A program made the position numbers and the translations under genes. Positions 7,218-12,853 of a DNA stretch of 12,853 nt are shown one piece after another. Source of the stretch: an uncultured archaeon (GTDB lineage Archaea; Asgardarchaeota; Lokiarchaeia; Sigyniarchaeales; Promethearchaeaceae); contig CAYRPF010000019.1 in NCBI GenBank assembly GCA_964426185.1, positions 32,522-45,374 on the forward strand, read 5' to 3'. Numbering within the stretch: position 1 is the stretch's first letter; each line of letters opens with the position of its first letter. The notes under the pieces are model-generated. The model had not been told where the DNA came from, ran no database searches, and saw only the letters and a list, made by a program, of their open reading frames with translations.

Positions 7218-7466
7218 TTATTTTCCCCTCAAAATTCTAGTTGCTTGTTCCTTTGTACTTAAAAAACATTCTTTGGCACCTAATATTGTTTTTTTAATGG
7301 CATCTTCTGCATATTGTCGAATGATTTTTGGCTCGTTTTTATTTTGATAGATTTTTCCCAATAATTCTAAGGCAGCAGGATTTTTAATTTCTCCAAAGGC
7401 TAAAATGGCTCCACGACGAACCTCAATGTGAAGCTTTTGAGCGATTTTTTTTGCAGAACATGCCAT
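7218..7466 (-). CDS. Small HEAT/PBS-lyase-repeat protein (82 aa)
   Basis: EVRRGAILAFGEIKNPAALELLGKI...EPKIIRQYAEDAIKK matches the PBS-HEAT consensus. SD GAGGAG lies at 7473-7478 (-), and the stop codon abuts the thpR ATG. Confidence 0.75.
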   Translation of the reverse strand: MACSAKKIAQKLHIEVRRGAILAFGEIKNPAALELLGKIYQNKNEPKIIRQYAEDAIKKTILGAKECFLSTKEQATRILRGK

Positions 7467-7558
7467 CTTTTTCTCCTCTATAGTTTAATTTGTACTACTA
7501 TATCAAAAATAATATTCTATCAAAAAACTTTTTATTGACTCGTCCCCACTTCCAACGC

Positions 7559-8944
7559 ATGAATGAAGATACTCTTATAAATGGAATCCGGTTAAAGGAT
7601 TGGAGGGAAAAAATCCCCTTGTTAGACCCGTTACGAAATTTAAATGAGGTGTTCTGGTTTAATCCACAAATGTATAAGTTTTCATTTCTAAAGCAAAATT
7701 TGGGAGTAAATCTGGAAAAAATTCAAGAGGCACAAACTATATGGAATCGATTTGCACCATATTTTTTATTAAAATTCCCCGAAACCGTGGAAACTCAAGG
7801 AATGATTCGATCTCCCTTAAAAGAATTGAAAAATATTCCGAAAAATTTATTCAATATTGGTAATACCCAAATTAGGGGAAAAGTGCTGGCAAAATGCGAT
7901 AACAACCTTGCCGTAGCAGGCTCCATTAAAGCAAGGGGAGGTATCTTCGAAGTATTAAAAATTGCGGAATCACTTCTGCAGGAAAAGTGGAATTTCACCA
8001 AAGCATCAGATCGCAAAATTCTCACAGAACCCAAATTTCAGGCTTTTTTCCAAAAATACACCATTTCAGTGGGATCCACGGGTAATTTAGGGTACAGCAT
8101 TGGAATATCGGCCAAAAACTTGGGATTTAATACCAAAATCTTTATGTCTGCTGATGCAAAAGAATGGAAAAAACAAAAACTGAAGGATTTGGGAGTTAAT
8201 GTTATTGAAATCGAGGGAAATTATAATCAAGCAGTTAGATCAGCCAGAGAAGATGCAGAGAAGAACCCTATGACATTTTTCATTGATGACGAGCGTTCCT
8301 TTGATCTTTTTTTAGGATACGCCACTGCGGCTTTGGAAATTCAATTGCAATTGGAAGAACTTTCAATTCTTGTCGATGAAGAGCATCCCTTATTTATATA
8401 CCTGCCTTGCGGAGTAGGAACTTCTCCTGGCGGAATCAGCTTAGGATTGAAATTAATTTATGGTGATAATGTGCACTGCATTTTTACCGAACCTGTACAA
8501 TGCCCCAGTATGCTAATCGGCTTACTATCAAAAAAACATCACGATATTTCGCCAGAGGATTTTGGAATTTCATGTAAAACAATAGCAGATGGTTTAGCCT
8601 GCCCCTACCCATCTGAATTTGTAGGAAAAATTATCGAAAACCTAATCACCGGAATTTATACTGTCGCGGAAGAAGATTTTTTGGGACTACAGGCTTTATT
8701 ATGGAAAGCCGAGCAAATTAAGATAGAACCTTCCAGCAGTGGAGTTCTGTTGGGTCCAATTCATCTTTTTCAAGCTGAGAAATTCAGTCAATATTTAAAA
8801 AACCATTGGAATGAACCTTTCATGGATAACGCAACGCATATTGTGTGGTTATCTGGAGGTTCCCATGTTCCACAAAAAGAATGGCGGGAAGAAGTAGAAA
8901 AAGGAAAAGAAACACGTATTTATAAGATGTGTATGAGAAAATAA
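7559..8944 (+). CDS. dsdA: D-serine ammonia-lyase (PLP fold type II)
   Basis: EVFWFNP, PLP-lysine motif GSIKARGGIFEVL, VGSTGNLG, MSADAKEWKK, FFIDDE..DLFLGY, VDEEHPLFIYLPCGVG..PGG, ADGLA and IEPS. The ORF-track TTG start at 7490 is probably too long; the first ATG, at 7559, gives about 461 aa, close to DsdA size. Confidence 0.92.
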   Translation: MNEDTLINGIRLKDWREKIPLLDPLRNLNEVFWFNPQMYKFSFLKQNLGVNLEKIQEAQTIWNRFAPYFLLKFPETVETQGMIRSPLKELKNIPKNLFNIGNTQIRGKVLAKCDNNLAVAGSIKARGGIFEVLKIAESLLQEKWNFTKASDRKILTEPKFQAFFQKYTISVGSTGNLGYSIGISAKNLGFNTKIFMSADAKEWKKQKLKDLGVNVIEIEGNYNQAVRSAREDAEKNPMTFFIDDERSFDLFLGYATAALEIQLQLEELSILVDEEHPLFIYLPCGVGTSPGGISLGLKLIYGDNVHCIFTEPVQCPSMLIGLLSKKHHDISPEDFGISCKTIADGLACPYPSEFVGKIIENLITGIYTVAEEDFLGLQALLWKAEQIKIEPSSSGVLLGPIHLFQAEKFSQYLKNHWNEPFMDNATHIVWLSGGSHVPQKEWREEVEKGKETRIYKMCMRK

Positions 8945-8973
8945 GGATTTGAAAAAAGGCAAATAAATGGATT

Positions 8974-10137
8974 CTAATCCTTATTCTGCCACCAATTCCA
9001 AATTCGGTAATTATTAAGGGTTTCTTCCATTTCACTCGATAATTCAAGAATTTTAAGTGAATGTTGCTCAGGAATCAAATGGACATCTTTAATATCATCA
9101 ATATTCTTGGACTTAGATAATTTTAGCAAATCTTCCAACATCATAATACTCATCTGTGCCCGGGTATCGGCATCAGAGGAAGCATTATGCGGAATGAAGG
9201 TGATCCTTAAGTCTGCTCTCATTTCTTGAATTTCCTGGAACTCACGAAGAATTTCTGCTGACAAAGGTTCCTCGGGATAAACATCGAAAGCCAGATGGAT
9301 AGTAATTTCCTGAGACTTAAGCAACCGGATTAAGGCGGGAAAATCTATAACTGCACCTCTTGCAGTATTAACCAGTAACGCATTGGATTGAAGCAACCGT
9401 AGTTTTTGTTCTGACATCAAACCCCGAGTAGCATCGTTTAGTGGAACGTGTAAAGAAACCACATGAGATTCCTTAAGCACTTCATCTATATTCTCCCGAT
9501 ATTGCAATTTATTATATTTATCTTCCAAATCGTAGTTACGGATTAGATCATAGTATAAAATTTTAATTCCCCATGGGGCAATTCGTTTTACCAATTCTTT
9601 TCCAATTTCACCCAGACCAATGATACCTAAAGAGAGATTATCCAAAATATTGGTTAAATTCTCATCTAAATCCCATTTATTCTCTTTACCCCATTTTCCC
9701 GACCAAACAAAATTATGCATGGGAATCAAGTTTCTTAAATTAACTAAAATCAACGCAATTGTAAAATCAGCCACGGATTTATGTAAAATGGAAGGAGTAT
9801 GAGAAATGAGCACATTGGGATGAATAAATACATGGTCATAACCAACGGTACTTGTACAAACTGCCTTAACTGAAGGTATTTCCAGAATTTGATTAGTAAT
9901 GGGATGAGATATATGACAACCGATGTAATCCACCCCTCTGCTTGAGACCATTCGAATAATTTCAGCTTCTTCGGGGAATCTTTTTGAAGAAACGATTAAA
10001 TTGCAGTCACGAGCCAATTCTTCCTTTAAAGCCATAATTTTTGTCTTGAATGGTGGGGAAACTTTAGGATGATTTGCAATTTCAAAGAATACTGGAGAAG
10101 TCAGATAAACGGTAGCCTTATCATTCTTACTATGCAT
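8974..10137 (-). CDS. D-isomer-specific 2-hydroxyacid dehydrogenase (glyoxylate/hydroxypyruvate reductase-like)
   Basis: VGYDHV, Rossmann motif LGIIGLGEIG, YYD (acidic residue suggesting NAD), SLHVPL, catalytic Arg in NTARG, Glu in DVYPEEP and His in PHNAS. The substrate cannot be determined from sequence. Confidence 0.9.
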   Translation of the reverse strand: MHSKNDKATVYLTSPVFFEIANHPKVSPPFKTKIMALKEELARDCNLIVSSKRFPEEAEIIRMVSSRGVDYIGCHISHPITNQILEIPSVKAVCTSTVGYDHVFIHPNVLISHTPSILHKSVADFTIALILVNLRNLIPMHNFVWSGKWGKENKWDLDENLTNILDNLSLGIIGLGEIGKELVKRIAPWGIKILYYDLIRNYDLEDKYNKLQYRENIDEVLKESHVVSLHVPLNDATRGLMSEQKLRLLQSNALLVNTARGAVIDFPALIRLLKSQEITIHLAFDVYPEEPLSAEILREFQEIQEMRADLRITFIPHNASSDADTRAQMSIMMLEDLLKLSKSKNIDDIKDVHLIPEQHSLKILELSSEMEETLNNYRIWNWWQNKD

Positions 10138-10167
10138 ATAAATGATTAAGAAAGAAAAGTAAAAAAA

Positions 10168-10986
10168 TTATTTATCCATGCCAATATAACGAGCTTCAAC
10201 CTTTCGTTGAATGTTAAAGAAGTAATACATAATTACTACAGTTAGCATCGGTGGTACCAACAGATTATATCCTGCGGCTAGTTTCAAATTTGCAATGGGA
10301 AATACTTCCAATCCCGGTAGCCGGAAAATAAATAGATCTGTGGGTAAAAAGTAAGTTATAATTGCTGCAAATGCCCATCCAAACATGTACATATAACTCC
10401 ACTGCCGGATCTTTACCGCAGCGATAATCACCACAAATAAGTGAACATGTATCATCTGAAGCCAGACCCAAACGTCCCATTCCAGCATTTGATAAACTGT
10501 GTTGAAGTAGCAAGCATAAATTCCCAATAGAAAATAATATAACAAATGATACCACTTAAGAGAAAAATCACCTTGACTGGGGATATTTCCTAAAATTGCT
10601 AATGAAACCACAAATGCCATGTAAAGCCCGTGGTAAGGTTCTATGGCGATAAAAGTCAAAGCGGCAGCGAAAAAACCTCCAATCGCTGAAAAACCATAGG
10701 CAGGGGTTTTAGATTTGCTATTTATAGTCATAGAGACTCCAATGGGAATTACCATCAGGAAAAACCTTACAAAGTAGGAAAAAGCCCAAGATTCAAAAGC
10801 ATATCTACCATCAGGCCAATGGTGCAATGTTCCATCCCACAATGCCATTAACCACACTGTCAGAAGTCCCAAAGCGAAGCAGAGAAGAAAATGCCCCACC
10901 ATGCGTATGGGTTTGCCTTTTAAGTAAACTCGCTCCACCTTTGGTTTTTCGACGGTAGTCCATCGTTTAATGAGATTTTTTACCAT
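10168..10986 (-). CDS. Polytopic membrane protein (about 8 TM), unknown function
   Basis: About eight hydrophobic segments with basic termini and an apparent internal 2-fold repeat. Confidence 0.75.
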   Translation of the reverse strand: MVKNLIKRWTTVEKPKVERVYLKGKPIRMVGHFLLCFALGLLTVWLMALWDGTLHHWPDGRYAFESWAFSYFVRFFLMVIPIGVSMTINSKSKTPAYGFSAIGGFFAAALTFIAIEPYHGLYMAFVVSLAILGNIPSQGDFSLKWYHLLYYFLLGIYACYFNTVYQMLEWDVWVWLQMIHVHLFVVIIAAVKIRQWSYMYMFGWAFAAIITYFLPTDLFIFRLPGLEVFPIANLKLAAGYNLLVPPMLTVVIMYYFFNIQRKVEARYIGMDK

Positions 10987-11050
10987 GCATAATGTAGCTT
11001 AAGAGGTTTTTTAAGGATTTCGTGTATAACTAACGATAAAAAAAATTATT

Positions 11051-11890
11051 TTACTTGAAAAATTCGAGCCATATCTTTTCTGAATTTTCAAGTTTTTCAC
11101 ATGGAATGCCCCCGTAAATAGAGTTTGAATCCATTACGGTAAATGGGTGTGCAAATGAACCCCCATCCACAATAACATTTTCATCAACTTTAGTTCCAGG
11201 TAATAGCACAGTTTGCGGCCCTATTTTAACACCATCAGCGATTTGAATTTTGGCAACTAATAATTTATCCCCTTGTATTAAATAAGAATAGAGCGCTGCA
11301 GATTGGCCAATGATGACGTTTTCCCCGATTTCTACGAACTCTGGAGAAATCCAAGTTTGATTGATCACCGATTTCTTACCTATAGGAACGCCAAAAAATG
11401 TATATAAAAAGGTTTTTTTTAAGAAGATAAAGGGGCTAGAGGATATCAGCCAAAATAGAAAAATCCGACTTAAATTCCGCAGATTCCAAAATAAATAATC
11501 TTTATCTGCTAAGTTTCGGAAAAAAACACCCTCAGATGGAGCGTGAATTCTGTTTAGAGTTGCAATAATTAGCTTTGTAATAATTGCAGACCAAATAACT
11601 GATGTGATATAAATTATTGCAATTAAGATCGGTAAAATTAATCCCGCCGCCCAATTTGGATAATCCCAAAATTTTTTTACCAAATTCGATAATGTCCAAG
11701 AAACATCATTAAAATTGTAAAATGAAGGCAGTATTCGGATAAACCACGAATAAAAGAACCAAAGTACCAGAAAAGAAGCAGGTATTAGAGAAATCCAGAC
11801 TTGAAAAAGATAAATCCAGATATATTTGCGCCGAACGCGTGGGTCGAGATAGTTGGGAGGTGTTAATTTTGTACTAGTTGGACTACTCAT
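11051..11890 (-). CDS. Membrane-anchored left-handed beta-helix (hexapeptide-repeat) acyltransferase-like protein, paralog B
   Basis: Two N-terminal TM segments, then APSEGVF, FFGVPIGK, WISPEFVEIGENVIIG, hexapeptide repeats (IADGVKIGPQTVLLPGTKVDENVIVDGGS) and terminal YGGIPC. Confidence 0.8.
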   Translation of the reverse strand: MSSPTSTKLTPPNYLDPRVRRKYIWIYLFQVWISLIPASFLVLWFFYSWFIRILPSFYNFNDVSWTLSNLVKKFWDYPNWAAGLILPILIAIIYITSVIWSAIITKLIIATLNRIHAPSEGVFFRNLADKDYLFWNLRNLSRIFLFWLISSSPFIFLKKTFLYTFFGVPIGKKSVINQTWISPEFVEIGENVIIGQSAALYSYLIQGDKLLVAKIQIADGVKIGPQTVLLPGTKVDENVIVDGGSFAHPFTVMDSNSIYGGIPCEKLENSEKIWLEFFK

Positions 11891-12669
11891 TTTTTTCTCA
11901 TTTTTTTCTTCTTACTTGTCTTTTCTACTTTTATTGGCAATGCTATTTTCGCAGGAGTCCCCACATGAATGCAGTAGGGGGCTAACTCTTGATTAAAATG
12001 CGATGTACTCCCACCACCTAACACGGCACCCTCCCTTATAGTCGTCCCAGGTGCCACAATAGCACCACCACCTGCAATCCCACTCTTCTTGACCAATACC
12101 CGTTTCACATACAAATACTTTCCTATAATCGCATGAGAAATCAATTGAGTGTTTAAACTGATCATACAATTGTCTTCGATGTCAACATATTCTGGATCGA
12201 TCCAGCTATCATACAGCACTATATTTTTTCCAATGTGTGCTCCGAAAATACGGTAAAAATACATATCTGCCCATGGCAGTGGCATTGCCCTCGCAATATA
12301 AAGCCCATAATAGCAAATCCAAAATCGCATAAAATAAAACTGGGCTTCTCGGCTTGATAATTCAAAAAAACCCTCTTTCGGCGGTTCAATTAGCCGAACG
12401 ATATGATAAACAATTCCAGAAAGCAGAATCGAAATTATAAAAAATTGCCAAAACAGTCCATAAATAAAAAGAGGCAATAAGAGATATGTCCATGTTTTCT
12501 GTATAAAGAGAGAAGAATAATAGCCTCGATTGAGGAAAAACATAATAATGATTGTGATCCATAATTCAAAGAGAAGCAAGAGATGAATTCGATGTTTTCC
12601 TGGAAGATTCGCGGAAATTAAGGGGAAATCTGAGATATTTTGTGAGGGTTCAACTTCTCTAAGGACCAT
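11887..12669 (-). CDS. Membrane-anchored left-handed beta-helix acyltransferase-like protein, paralog A
   Basis: Two TM segments, then PPKEGFF, YRIFGAHIGK, WIDPEYVDIEDN, LISH, AIVAPGTTIREGAVLGGGS and HVGTPAK. It has an ATGA overlap with the downstream paralog. The start is ATG 12669 or GTG 12675. Confidence 0.82.
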   Translation of the reverse strand: MVLREVEPSQNISDFPLISANLPGKHRIHLLLLFELWITIIIMFFLNRGYYSSLFIQKTWTYLLLPLFIYGLFWQFFIISILLSGIVYHIVRLIEPPKEGFFELSSREAQFYFMRFWICYYGLYIARAMPLPWADMYFYRIFGAHIGKNIVLYDSWIDPEYVDIEDNCMISLNTQLISHAIIGKYLYVKRVLVKKSGIAGGGAIVAPGTTIREGAVLGGGSTSHFNQELAPYCIHVGTPAKIALPIKVEKTSKKKKMRKK

Positions 12670-12690
12670 TAACACTTCATAAGATAATCC

Positions 12691-12703
12691 CTATTTAAAA
12701 ATT
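12691..12703 (-). promoter_or_regulatory. Putative archaeal TATA box for the acyltransferase-like operon
   Basis: The minus strand reads ATTTTTAAATAG. TTTAAA lies about 25-30 nt upstream of ATG 12669, consistent with a leaderless or short-leader transcript. The AT-rich background weakens the signal. Confidence 0.4.
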
Positions 12704-12749
12704 TATCATACTTTTAAGTGGGGTAAAAAGATGAAAAAAATTTTAGCCT

Positions 12750-12766
12750 GAGGGGTAGTGCCCCTC
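12750..12766. repeat. GC-rich inverted repeat in divergent intergenic region
   Basis: GAGGGG-TAGTG-CCCCTC forms a perfect 6-bp stem in an otherwise AT-rich region. Confidence 0.6.
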
Positions 12767-12836
12767 TTTAGAGATAAATTTCCATTTTTTAATTTTCCAC
12801 TTCTATTTGACTATCTATATATTGGGATTTTCGAAT

Positions 12837-12853
12837 AAGGAGGTGAAAACCAT
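12837..12853 (+). promoter_or_regulatory. Strong Shine-Dalgarno site and probable start of the next (+) gene at 12852
   Basis: AAGGAGGTGA (12837-12846) is followed by AAACC and then AT at the window edge, probably a truncated ATG. Confidence 0.7.

Noticed and set aside
7490-7558. 23-codon N-terminal extension of dsdA from TTG
   Set aside because: It would leave only 23 nt for two divergent promoters and does not resemble DsdA; ATG 7559 is preferred.
7795-10555. Short ORFs 7795-8034, 8820-9047, 9620-9802 and 10265-10555
   Set aside because: All overlap longer, better-supported genes and carry no motifs.
12720-12780. Possible riboswitch (TPP-like GGGG/CTGAG words)
   Set aside because: The motif order and the other conserved elements of known riboswitches are absent; only a simple hairpin is supportable.

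Overview
AT-rich, gene-dense prokaryotic window. The gene content points to an Asgard archaeon, probably Lokiarchaeia-like (inference from two Ras-superfamily small GTPases, one with a Rag-type C-terminal roadblock-like domain, a longin/uDENN-like protein, a Hanks kinase, TPR and HEAT proteins, and archaeal TATA-like and SD signals). Gene order: truncated Ser/Thr kinase (-, absent from the ORF track), probably inactive Mrr-like PD-(D/E)xK protein (-), YkgJ/CxxCxxCC-like protein (-), Arf-like small GTPase plus longin-like/winged-HTH fusion as a coupled pair (+), TPR protein and subfamily-2 pyrF (-), Rag-like GTPase-roadblock fusion (+), thpR/ligT plus small HEAT protein (-), bacterial-type D-serine ammonia-lyase (+), then a minus-strand run of a D-2-hydroxyacid dehydrogenase, an internally duplicated ~8-TM protein and two overlapping paralogous membrane-anchored LbH acyltransferase-like genes resembling Pls/PosA terminal domains. 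The best candidates for undescribed systems are (1) the GTPase + longin-wHTH pair, whose architecture recalls NPRL2 and which lies near a Rag-like GTPase, and (2) the split Pls-like acyltransferase pair. No rRNA, tRNA, CRISPR array or mobile element was recognised. All family calls come from reading motifs by eye, with no database search.
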